From NCBI GenBank assembly GCA_964389675.1, contig CAYMEV010000022.1, positions 1 through 57,785 on the forward strand: 57,785 nt of DNA, in the 5' to 3' direction. A model generated the notes under the pieces. That model was not told the origin of the DNA and ran no database searches. It saw only the letters and a program-made list of their open reading frames with translations. The translations under genes were made by a program, and so were the position numbers. How positions within the stretch are numbered: position 1 is the stretch's first letter; each line of letters starts with the position of its first letter. Positions 9,660-18,035 of the stretch are shown piece by piece. Source of the DNA: an uncultured Candidatus Sumerlaeota bacterium (lineage in GTDB: Bacteria > CAYMEV01).

Positions 9660-12218
9660 TTGAAAAAGCTAATTATTATACTCTTTTTTGTGCTGAGTTT
9701 TCATTCACATGCTGAGCAGGCTGTTGAGTATAATATGTCCTTTGAGCTTGCAGAAAATGGAGTATTTGTTTTTTCTCTTGAGGGAACCGGCAAGGCTGTC
9801 CTGGAGACAGGATTGACAAAAATCCCCATTGTTAAGGGAAGCAGACATAAAAGAAGGTATGTTTTCAATATAACAGCAAAGAACGTAAAATTAAGCCTTT
9901 CTAAATCGCTGGTTCTTTCCGGCATGGATTACTATAAGGCTGACAGGATCCCCAGTGAAGGTTTTGAGCTGGGATCTGCGGAGAATATGGATACCGAAAA
10001 GGACCTTGTCATCAAGGATCCCTTGAAGAAAATAATGAATGAGATCCATTTTCTGAACTTCAGGGTGTATAATCTTGAAAAAGAAAGGAAACTGGCTCTA
10101 TATGTAAATAACATGTTCCACTCATATGTGCCTTCTACCGGGAGGAATAAGTGGTCAGGCAGGATTACGTCCAATATATATGCATATCTTGAAAAGAACC
10201 ATCCGGCTGATATTATAAGCTTTAAGATGATGGGTGATGGTAAGGGCACGAGCGCTGTTATGGTCTCTGATATTGAATTTTCCAGGGGGTATAAGATGCC
10301 CGATGACAGCGAGATTGGCTATATCCTGCCAAATAATATACAGAACCCCAACTTTGCAGTATTCAGCCTTAATGATTACAATCCTGATCTTTATCTATCC
10401 TTCCATCTTTATAATAATACCAGTGAGAACCCGGTTGAGATTGAATTCAACAATAATCCCGTTGAGGTGTTCAAGGGAAGGTCAAAGAAAGATGAATGGA
10501 GCAGTCTTATTTACCTGAAAATACCTGAATGGATGGTTATAAGGGGCAGTAATATAATAATGGTAAAAAACCTGTATAATATGGAAAACAACCTGAAAAA
10601 AGAATGGGGCATAAAGAAGCTTTACCAGTCAAATGAAATAGGCAAGGGTGCATACGGCAAATTCAGTTCGGAGTATAAAAAGCAGTGTTTTTATGACAGA
10701 CTGGTCTATCCCTTAAAAGAGACCGGTAATGATATTATTGCGAATTTTCGCCTCTATAATGTCTCAGGAAAGAATTCCGTAGATGTATTCCTGAATGAAA
10801 CGAAGATCAGAAGTTTTTCCGATATTACTGAAACCGGAGGCTGGTCTGATGACATTGAACTCTTAATCAGAGGAGAGGATAAAGGCAGGGCAGAAAGGGA
10901 AAATATGCTTGTCTTCAGGAGGAAAAAGGAGGGTTCCGACTGGGGAGTTGATTTTAGTCATGTTTTATACAGGTCTGAAATAGAGCCTATAAAGGTTAAC
11001 TACAGGCCGGAGGAAATACCCCTCATAATTGAAAAAAAGCCTGAAAAGAAAGAAAAAACAGACCCTATAATCGATGCTGTCTATATTGCCAATAAAGAAA
11101 TAGAGGCTGAGGTTGAAATAGAAGACAAACAGGAGCCTTCAACAGATCAGGAAATCATGGAAAATAATGAAGGGAGCCTTTTTACATTTGAAACCGTTCC
11201 GGATGAAGCTATGATATTCTGCGGGGGAAACCCTCACTATCCCGGCAGGTTCATAGGTTTCACGCCGTTTTCTCATAAGATAGATATACCGCCCCGAACA
11301 TATATCTATGTGCATATCCCCATGTATGGGAGCAATATATTTTTTCATAACCCTGTTTTTGAGTTTCCCATGTATAAGTATTATTTCAATATAGGCAAAA
11401 TCAGCCAGTTTACGGAAAATCCGATAGTTACAGATGTATTTATAAGTGTTCCTGTGGATTACAGCCTTGTTAACTCGGCTCCATTCATATGTGATTATGA
11501 TTCGGATGGATTTATGGACATTGCTGTGGGGACATCAATGGGGGATATAATTGTAATGAAGAAAGAAGAGGCCTTTGATTATACCGTTTTGCTGGATATT
11601 CTTCAGCTTGAAGGCTATACTTATATTGTCCCTTTTTTCCTGGATTATGACAATGATGGGGTCCAGGATCTCATTGCCGGAACAGAAGAAGGAGAGATCC
11701 TGCTGTTTTCCATGGATGAAAGCGGCAGCTACCTGTTCGTAAAATTTATAGCAGAAGAGCTTATGAAAAGTAATAAGCTTTCAGGAATAGCTCCATATAT
11801 TTTTGATCTTAATTCTGATCACAGAAAGGATATTATTTTTGGTACCAAGTATGGCGGGCTTTTTTACATGCTTAATGAAGGTACGGATGAAGATCCTGAG
11901 TATAAGAGCTTGAAAAGGCTTGAACTGCCTTTTGAAAATCCGGTAAATCTCGTTCCGGCTGTTTTTTTTAATTACAGGGACGGATTATACAGCGTGCTTG
12001 CAGGTACAAGGGACGGAAATTTATTAATGCTGCAGTCACCCAAGATTATTGACAATGAATTAAAATTTGATAATATATCCATATTAACATCTCAACAGAC
12101 AATGAATCTTGGTTTTGATCTTGTTCCCAGGGTTCTGGACTATGATAACAGCGGGTCACATGATATACTTATAGGCAACAGGGCAGGCGAAATCATATTA
12201 GTGAAATATGAAGAGTAA
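9660..12218 (+). CDS. Secreted multidomain protein: three ~115-aa repeats, PEGA-like segment, FG-GAP/VCBS-like repeats
   Basis: Signal peptide; DYDSDG, DYDNDG, DLNSDH and DYDNSG Ca-binding repeats in the C-terminal third. Confidence 0.7.
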   Translation: MKKLIIILFFVLSFHSHAEQAVEYNMSFELAENGVFVFSLEGTGKAVLETGLTKIPIVKGSRHKRRYVFNITAKNVKLSLSKSLVLSGMDYYKADRIPSEGFELGSAENMDTEKDLVIKDPLKKIMNEIHFLNFRVYNLEKERKLALYVNNMFHSYVPSTGRNKWSGRITSNIYAYLEKNHPADIISFKMMGDGKGTSAVMVSDIEFSRGYKMPDDSEIGYILPNNIQNPNFAVFSLNDYNPDLYLSFHLYNNTSENPVEIEFNNNPVEVFKGRSKKDEWSSLIYLKIPEWMVIRGSNIIMVKNLYNMENNLKKEWGIKKLYQSNEIGKGAYGKFSSEYKKQCFYDRLVYPLKETGNDIIANFRLYNVSGKNSVDVFLNETKIRSFSDITETGGWSDDIELLIRGEDKGRAERENMLVFRRKKEGSDWGVDFSHVLYRSEIEPIKVNYRPEEIPLIIEKKPEKKEKTDPIIDAVYIANKEIEAEVEIEDKQEPSTDQEIMENNEGSLFTFETVPDEAMIFCGGNPHYPGRFIGFTPFSHKIDIPPRTYIYVHIPMYGSNIFFHNPVFEFPMYKYYFNIGKISQFTENPIVTDVFISVPVDYSLVNSAPFICDYDSDGFMDIAVGTSMGDIIVMKKEEAFDYTVLLDILQLEGYTYIVPFFLDYDNDGVQDLIAGTEEGEILLFSMDESGSYLFVKFIAEELMKSNKLSGIAPYIFDLNSDHRKDIIFGTKYGGLFYMLNEGTDEDPEYKSLKRLELPFENPVNLVPAVFFNYRDGLYSVLAGTRDGNLLMLQSPKIIDNELKFDNISILTSQQTMNLGFDLVPRVLDYDNSGSHDILIGNRAGEIILVKYEE

Positions 12219-12221
12219 GGA

Positions 12222-13340
12222 GTGAATTCTATGCTGTATTCGAAAGGTTTTCTGGAGGATATGCCTTTCTCCTCCATTTATGCGCTTCTCGCATTTACAA
12301 AGACATCAGGTGTCTTAATCCTGGAGGAGGAACATCTAGCTATTACAACAAAGCTTTACTTCAAGGACGGAATAGTTACATTTGCCTCAACCGATGACAT
12401 AGAGCTCAGGTTATCAGCCCTGCTGCTCAAGAATAATCAGCTGGATATAAACACTCTGAGAGCAACTGAAAAATATATCACCCCTGATAAAAAGCACGGC
12501 CAGATACTTCTCGAAAATGGCCACCTGACTAAAGATGAGCTTTACAACGGCCTTAAGGATCAGATAAAGGAGATAATCCTCAATGTATTTGAGTGGCATA
12601 CCGGGAAGTTTCTCTTTACTCAGCTTGACAAGGAAGAAGTCGGCCTTTTTGATATAGAATTTGAATTTCCAATGCACCACCTCCTTATACTCGGAATAAT
12701 GAGAATCAATTCTTTTCATAGGCTTATGGGAATCTTCGGGGGGATTGATGCGAGATATGTAAGGAAGAATAAGGTCAGTTTTTTCCTTCCTGAGAAGATT
12801 ATACAGAAATATGAAGATATACTGAACTGTTTCAATCTGCCAACGACAATACTGGAGGCTTCACGGAAGATAACCAGCATCAAGCCTATGATATTTCTTA
12901 GAAATGTACTTGTGCTTCTGACTTTCGGATTAATAGAACCGGATAATAAGATTGCGCTAAAGGACAGGGATGAGGGGCTTTCTAAAGTACTCACAGGCTA
13001 CAATGAGCTTTTCAGGCTTATAAGCAGCGAGCTTATTGCAATAAGCAAAGATATAATGATCAGGCTTGAGATGGAAAGCCTTGTAGAAAATACAAAGAAG
13101 CAGTTCCCCTTTTTCAGGTCGAAGATAGGATTTGATGATGATTTTAATCTTACTTCTGGATTTTTGTCAGAAATAGAGCTTCTTCCAATTGATCAGCAGA
13201 AGGAGATACTGTATATGTTTCTCCATACCTGCTTTGAAAGCATATTGAATGTCTACAGGAATCAGATAGATCAGACGAAGTATATTGAAATTGTAGAAAA
13301 TCTTAAAAAGAGACTGGACCGCCTGAAGTTAAATGAATGA
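12222..13340 (+). CDS. DUF4388 (PatA-N-like) domain protein
   Basis: N-terminal KGFLEDMPF..., SGVL, LYFKDG and VFEWHTGKFLF pattern. Confidence 0.75.
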   Translation: MNSMLYSKGFLEDMPFSSIYALLAFTKTSGVLILEEEHLAITTKLYFKDGIVTFASTDDIELRLSALLLKNNQLDINTLRATEKYITPDKKHGQILLENGHLTKDELYNGLKDQIKEIILNVFEWHTGKFLFTQLDKEEVGLFDIEFEFPMHHLLILGIMRINSFHRLMGIFGGIDARYVRKNKVSFFLPEKIIQKYEDILNCFNLPTTILEASRKITSIKPMIFLRNVLVLLTFGLIEPDNKIALKDRDEGLSKVLTGYNELFRLISSELIAISKDIMIRLEMESLVENTKKQFPFFRSKIGFDDDFNLTSGFLSEIELLPIDQQKEILYMFLHTCFESILNVYRNQIDQTKYIEIVENLKKRLDRLKLNE

Positions 13341-14157
13341 AATTCCAGAAACAGTCATTTGCCTTCAGATGGGTATGATCTTTTTGTTTGGATTGGCTTT
13401 TGGCAGTTTTTTCAATGTTGTAATATACAGACTGCCGCTGGGATTATCAATAATCAATCCTCCAAGCCACTGCCCCAACTGTAAGACCCGCATTAAAGGC
13501 TTGCATAATATTCCGGTATTGTCCTATATTTATCTTAAGGGGATGTGCCGTAACTGCAGTTACCCCATAAGTTTGAGATATCCAGTAATAGAGCTTCTGA
13601 CAGGTGTTCTGTTTTTGTCTGTTTACAGGTATTACTATTTTGATTATTATTCAGCTGTTCTTGGAATAGCGAGCTTTGATATGAAGAAGTTCCTCTGCTT
13701 TATTTTCAGCATTATATTCTTTTCTGTATTGCTGATCGTATCACTGATAGATCTTGATCTTTTTATAATCCCCGATATCCTGTCAATTACAGGGACTATT
13801 CTTTTTATCCTGGTAACGCCGGTGGTTTTTAATAAGAGCTTCACCACTGTTATTCTCGGGGCATTGGCAGGATTCATGTTCTATTTTCTCCTGTGGCTCA
13901 TAACAGGAGGGCAGGGGGTGGGGCTCGGAGATGCAAAATTAATGGCAATGATAGGTGCATATTTTGGACTATCCGGAGTATTCCCGGTTATTTTCCTGTC
14001 ATCCCTGATAGGCAGTATAATTGGTATATTTCTGATAGTACTGAGAGGAAAGACCCGCAAAACACCTATTCCTTTCGGTCCATTCCTTGCTCTTGCATCC
14101 TTTATTTACTTTTTTATTTCTGATATATCAATAATTGAAATTCTTGGCCTGAGTTAA
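13333..14157 (+). CDS. pilD: Prepilin peptidase / N-methyltransferase (A24)
   Basis: GSFFNVVIYRLP, two CxxC motifs, GLGDAKL and IPFGPFLA. Confidence 0.93.
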   Translation: MNEIPETVICLQMGMIFLFGLAFGSFFNVVIYRLPLGLSIINPPSHCPNCKTRIKGLHNIPVLSYIYLKGMCRNCSYPISLRYPVIELLTGVLFLSVYRYYYFDYYSAVLGIASFDMKKFLCFIFSIIFFSVLLIVSLIDLDLFIIPDILSITGTILFILVTPVVFNKSFTTVILGALAGFMFYFLLWLITGGQGVGLGDAKLMAMIGAYFGLSGVFPVIFLSSLIGSIIGIFLIVLRGKTRKTPIPFGPFLALASFIYFFISDISIIEILGLS

Positions 14158-14161
14158 TAAC

Positions 14162-14485
14162 TCAAGTACCTCTTCTTTTGATAAGGTATGCCAGAAGGGC
14201 TTTTTCTGCAAATCCCGCAATAAATGCAAAGGCAATACATATACCCAGCATAAAAAAGGATGTAAGCGGTATATGTTTTGCAAAAAGGTCTATTATATAC
14301 CAGAAAACCATGGCGTTAAACGAGATAAAAAGGCCAAGGAGCCCGCAGGTCCACCAGGATTTACTCTTCATTCTGTATGATATGAGCAGGATTGTGACAG
14401 AAAGTATGAGCATGGACAGAGAAATATAAGGGATTATTGCATCCCAGTCCTGACAGGTGATAATTCTGTTTAAAAATTTTATCAT
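14162..14485 (-). CDS. Small membrane protein (about 3 TM)
   Basis: Hydrophobic ORF directly downstream of rnpB. Confidence 0.55.
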   Translation of the reverse strand: MIKFLNRIITCQDWDAIIPYISLSMLILSVTILLISYRMKSKSWWTCGLLGLFISFNAMVFWYIIDLFAKHIPLTSFFMLGICIAFAFIAGFAEKALLAYLIKRRGT

Positions 14486-14493
14486 ATTAGAAA

Positions 14494-14777
14494 TGGGGCA
14501 GGAGAGTAAGCCGGATTCTGTCGTATCTCAAAAGAGATGGATGGTCATTCATCTATGCGGTCCACCCGGAGATATGGACGGGTCATCCTCTCCTGCTTGA
14601 CCTTGCTCCAGACAGGGTTTATAATTTCACTCTTATCACCAGCAAGGTGACAGACATATTTTCTGTTATACTGATCCCCGGAGTTACCTCCGGCAGGGTG
14701 TTACCCTGTGTCATGCCCTATGGAGTCCGGACTTTCCTCTCTTGTTGAATACAAGAGCGACCATCTTTCCTACCCCA
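14494..14777 (-). ncRNA. rnpB: RNase P RNA, reduced type A-like
   Basis: The minus strand carries GAGGAAAGTCCGG and ACAGAATCCGGCTTA (P4). Helices P1-P3, P5-P12, P15-P17 and P19 can be paired by eye. Confidence 0.93.
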
Positions 14778-15501
14778 GACCATTATCATTGTTATTTTCT
14801 TCACTGTAAAGCAAAATTCTGTTACAGCCTTCACAAAAGCATATTTTTTTCTGGGAACGAACCTCATTTATTGTCTGAGGACGAACTCTAATGCCGCATT
14901 GAGTGCATACATGAGAGTCCAGTATGCTTGTAGCAATACCCTTCCTGTTTTTAAGAATGAGATTATACCTTTCGCGGATATCATCCTCAAGGCCGCTGGA
15001 TATCTCTTCACGCCTTCTGGTAAACTCAGCAAGCTTATTTTGATTCTCTTCCAGAATCTTCTTCAGTTCCTCGATCTCCCTGCTGATTATCCTGCCTTCC
15101 TGTACCTGTTTGTGCTCCAGGTGTTTTATGTCAGCCTGCTGGTCTTCTTCGGAAAGCATGAAAAGAATGATTTCCTTTTCGGTATTGTCCTTTTTTTCTT
15201 CAAGAAAGGATACTTCATGCTGTAGAGTGGACAGTTCCTTATTGCTTTTAAGATTCCACCTTTTTGATTCCAGTTCCTTTATCTTGTTTTCAAGTTCTTT
15301 AAGCTCAACATCCTTAAGGTCCTGGTCTATTTTCTGCTGTTTAAGCTTCTGCCTGGCGGTATTCAGTTGTTGTGTAACGGTGTCTAATGTGCTTTGTCTC
15401 TGATTGATCTGAATGGGTATCTCCTGGATCTTCTGATTGATATCGACGATAGCCTTGTCAATATCATGCAGTTCAAATAGAACTTTGTAAGTCTTATCCA
15501 T
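14770..15501 (-). CDS. Coiled-coil protein with C4-type zinc ribbon (DUF164-like)
   Basis: Long coiled coil followed by CTQC...CEGCNRIL. Confidence 0.88.
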   Translation of the reverse strand: MDKTYKVLFELHDIDKAIVDINQKIQEIPIQINQRQSTLDTVTQQLNTARQKLKQQKIDQDLKDVELKELENKIKELESKRWNLKSNKELSTLQHEVSFLEEKKDNTEKEIILFMLSEEDQQADIKHLEHKQVQEGRIISREIEELKKILEENQNKLAEFTRRREEISSGLEDDIRERYNLILKNRKGIATSILDSHVCTQCGIRVRPQTINEVRSQKKICFCEGCNRILLYSEENNNDNGLG

Positions 15502-15554
15502 TATATTTTCCCGTAATAGTAAAGAATATAGAGAACAACTTTTTGAAAGTTAAA

Positions 15555-15627
15555 TGGGCGTACTTGGAATCGAACCAAGGACCATCCGGTTATGAGCCGG
15601 AAGCTCTGCCAACTGAGCTATACGCCC
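15555..15627 (-). tRNA. tRNA with CAT anticodon, probably tRNA-Ile2 (lysidine)
   Basis: GGGCGTATAGCTCAG...CCGGCT-CAT-AACCGG...TTCGA...TACGCCCA. An elongator tRNA-Met occurs separately at 40269. Confidence 0.88.
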
Positions 15628-15647
15628 ACTGAAGAATCAAAACGATA

Positions 15648-16532
15648 CTAGTTATTTTTATTAAAGTTGTCAATAAAATATTCTATCTGTTCAGTGAAAT
15701 CTTTTATTATTACAGCAAGGCTGTTAATTGTATCAAATGAGCCTGTGAATTTCTGGTTCATATCGTTGATTGACTGGTAGTTTCTTGCAAAGTCCTTGTT
15801 AACCGGCTTTATAATATCCAGGACCTTTTCAAGGGTTTTCAGTGAATCACTGTTAATACGGGATGCCCTTTCAATGGAAATGGAATAATCCTTCAAATTA
15901 GAATCAATGATCTTACTGAGCTGTTCAATGTCAGTACGTATCTCCTTCATATTTTCAATAATAAAGGATATATTAAGGCTGTTTGGCTTTTCTTCTTCAT
16001 TGTTAAGGTTTATAATATTATAATTAATATTGGAAATGATATTATTGTGCTTTTTCAGGTTTTTTGCAAGGTTTTCGATCAGGGTGGAAGCATTGTTATG
16101 CTCTGCCAGCACCCTGTTTATATTTGTAAGGAGTGTGTCCAGGTCTTCCTCGATGCTGAAAAGAGAATCCTGATTGAACCTGTTTAATGTGTTTATATTA
16201 TCAAACTCCTGTTTATCCCTGGAAAGCCTGTCCAATGCCTCAGAATTTTCTTTAAGCATATTTCTTGTTTTGGCAAGTCCTTCTTTCAGGGTATCCAGCT
16301 TTTTTCCTGTTGATTCATAGAGTATTTCATAACCCTCATTAGCATACCTGGTTTTTCTGTTTGCTATTATGAAGTATATGAAGCTTATAGCCAGGTTGGT
16401 TAAAATAATGCCTATAAGAAGTATATTAACAATTTCAGGGTCTTCATAGTAAAAATAATAAAATGAAGCAAAGCATACCGACAATAAAAGAGTAATATAA
16501 AAAAGTGATTTGTTAAAATTCCTTATTTTCAT
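15648..16532 (-). CDS. Two-TM membrane-anchored coiled-coil protein, degenerate MCP-like
   Basis: Two N-terminal TM helices then a heptad-rich N/I/S/D region; no conserved MCP hairpin-tip motif. Confidence 0.5.
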   Translation of the reverse strand: MKIRNFNKSLFYITLLLSVCFASFYYFYYEDPEIVNILLIGIILTNLAISFIYFIIANRKTRYANEGYEILYESTGKKLDTLKEGLAKTRNMLKENSEALDRLSRDKQEFDNINTLNRFNQDSLFSIEEDLDTLLTNINRVLAEHNNASTLIENLAKNLKKHNNIISNINYNIINLNNEEEKPNSLNISFIIENMKEIRTDIEQLSKIIDSNLKDYSISIERASRINSDSLKTLEKVLDIIKPVNKDFARNYQSINDMNQKFTGSFDTINSLAVIIKDFTEQIEYFIDNFNKNN

Positions 16533-16664
16533 AAAAAGCGCTCCTAATGCATTCTATATCTCTTCTACAGTAATTTCTGACAAGTAGCAATATAAAAAGC
16601 TCTGGATTATTGCTCTATAATCTTTAGTTTAGACTATTTTTTTTAAAAAATATTACAAATTTAC

Positions 16665-16692
16665 TTGCATCTATGGAAAATGTGTCTATCAT
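16665..16692 (+). promoter_or_regulatory. Sigma70-type promoter TTGCAT-N16-TATCAT
   Basis: Upstream of the PC4-like gene, which has a GGAGGT SD. Confidence 0.5.
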
Positions 16693-16719
16693 CACAAAAA
16701 AATCTGGAGGTATGATCAA

Positions 16720-16962
16720 ATGAGTGATGAAAAGATATTGCACAGGATTGCAAAAAACAACCAGGAGGAGATCATCTTCCGCATTTACAGGTTTAAAAAC
16801 AGGGATTATTTTGATATAAGGACCTATATATCTGTAGTCGGAGAAGTGGATAAAGTCCCCACAAAGAAAGGGGTATCCTTTAAGCTTGATCAGATTGATG
16901 ATGCTATTAAAGGGCTTATGGAGATCAAGAAAACCATTGAAGAGGGTATTGATATTTCTTAA
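16720..16962 (+). CDS. PC4/p15-family ssDNA-binding protein
   Basis: YFDIRTY...PTKKGVSF motif; 80 aa. Confidence 0.85.
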   Translation: MSDEKILHRIAKNNQEEIIFRIYRFKNRDYFDIRTYISVVGEVDKVPTKKGVSFKLDQIDDAIKGLMEIKKTIEEGIDIS

Positions 16963-16974
16963 GATTTTGAAGAG

Positions 16975-16999
16975 TGGGGAGGTGCTTGCCACCTCCCCA
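16975..16999. terminator. Hairpin between convergent genes, likely terminator
   Basis: TGGGGAGGTG-CTTGC-CACCTCCCCA, a 10-bp stem. Confidence 0.7.
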
Positions 17000-17007
17000 T
17001 AGTCTGT

Positions 17008-18006
17008 CTATTTCCAGGAATTAAGGAAATCTTTGAAAGTTGGGGTAAGTACGTCATCAGGGTACTTGGTAATATATGATTCGAGTGATTTCTTTGCTTC
17101 TTCAAGCAATGCCTTGTCTTCAGTTATTTCGGGGTTTGCAATATACTGCAGGACGATCTGCTTGTGTGCTTCCTGATTATTCTCATCAATTTCGAGTGTC
17201 TTCTTAAACCATTCTATTGCCTTGCCGGTATCGGAATCTGAAGTTTGAGTATAAAGGACGCCTATATTAAAAGGTATGCTTGCATCCTTGACACCCTGTT
17301 CTATAGAAAGATCATAGGCTTTTTCCCATATCTGAATGGCTTTTGCAATGTAATAGTCATACTTGTTGAGATCGGTATCTTTCATCTTATTGTATATTTC
17401 ACCAAGGGTTACAAAGCTCGGAAGGTCTTCAGGGTTCAGCTCGGTTACTTTTACGAATGATTTCTCAGCATCTTCCAGCCTGTTGTTTTTGTAAAAGACA
17501 GTCCCCATGCTTTTATATGCCCTGTAAAGGTCTTTTCCAAGCCCTTCCTCGTTTTCGATTGCTACAAGAAACTGCTTTATGGCTTCTTCATCATTACCCT
17601 GTTCGACATAATCAAGGGCTTTATTGTAGGCAGCAGCAGCAACATCCCTTGGAGTAGTGGACATTTCCTGCATTGCTTCAAGGCTTGGCATTACAAAATC
17701 CAGTGTAACGGTATAACCCATTCGTATTTTCTGCTCGCCTTTTATAGTTGCGTAGCCTTCCTTTTCTGCTGTAACAATGAATATATCAGGGGTCAGGCCC
17801 GCGTACTCATATTTGCCTTTTTCGTCAGTTTTGGTCTCTAGAACGGAATCTTCATATTTTGTGTTTTTCAGGGTTATTGTGACATCAGCTACGGGTTCAT
17901 CCTTTTCATCAACAACTTTGCCCTCAATCCTTCCCCTTGTATCTGCAGACAATAAAGGAAGGAATATTAATATCAGGGTAAGAATGCAAAATAATCTCTT
18001 TGTCAT
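17008..18006 (-). CDS. Secreted carboxypeptidase-regulatory-like domain plus TPR protein
   Basis: Signal peptide; GRIEGKVVDEKDEPV...TDEKGKY...AEKEGY; then TPR repeats. Confidence 0.85.
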   Translation of the reverse strand: MTKRLFCILTLILIFLPLLSADTRGRIEGKVVDEKDEPVADVTITLKNTKYEDSVLETKTDEKGKYEYAGLTPDIFIVTAEKEGYATIKGEQKIRMGYTVTLDFVMPSLEAMQEMSTTPRDVAAAAYNKALDYVEQGNDEEAIKQFLVAIENEEGLGKDLYRAYKSMGTVFYKNNRLEDAEKSFVKVTELNPEDLPSFVTLGEIYNKMKDTDLNKYDYYIAKAIQIWEKAYDLSIEQGVKDASIPFNIGVLYTQTSDSDTGKAIEWFKKTLEIDENNQEAHKQIVLQYIANPEITEDKALLEEAKKSLESYITKYPDDVLTPTFKDFLNSWK

Positions 18007-18035
18007 TTATGAATCTCCTTTTCTAATTTATATGA

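Noticed and set aside
14578-14590. 13-mer GACGGGTCATCCT that recurs near 57744
   Set aside because: A single short match in unrelated contexts, compatible with chance.
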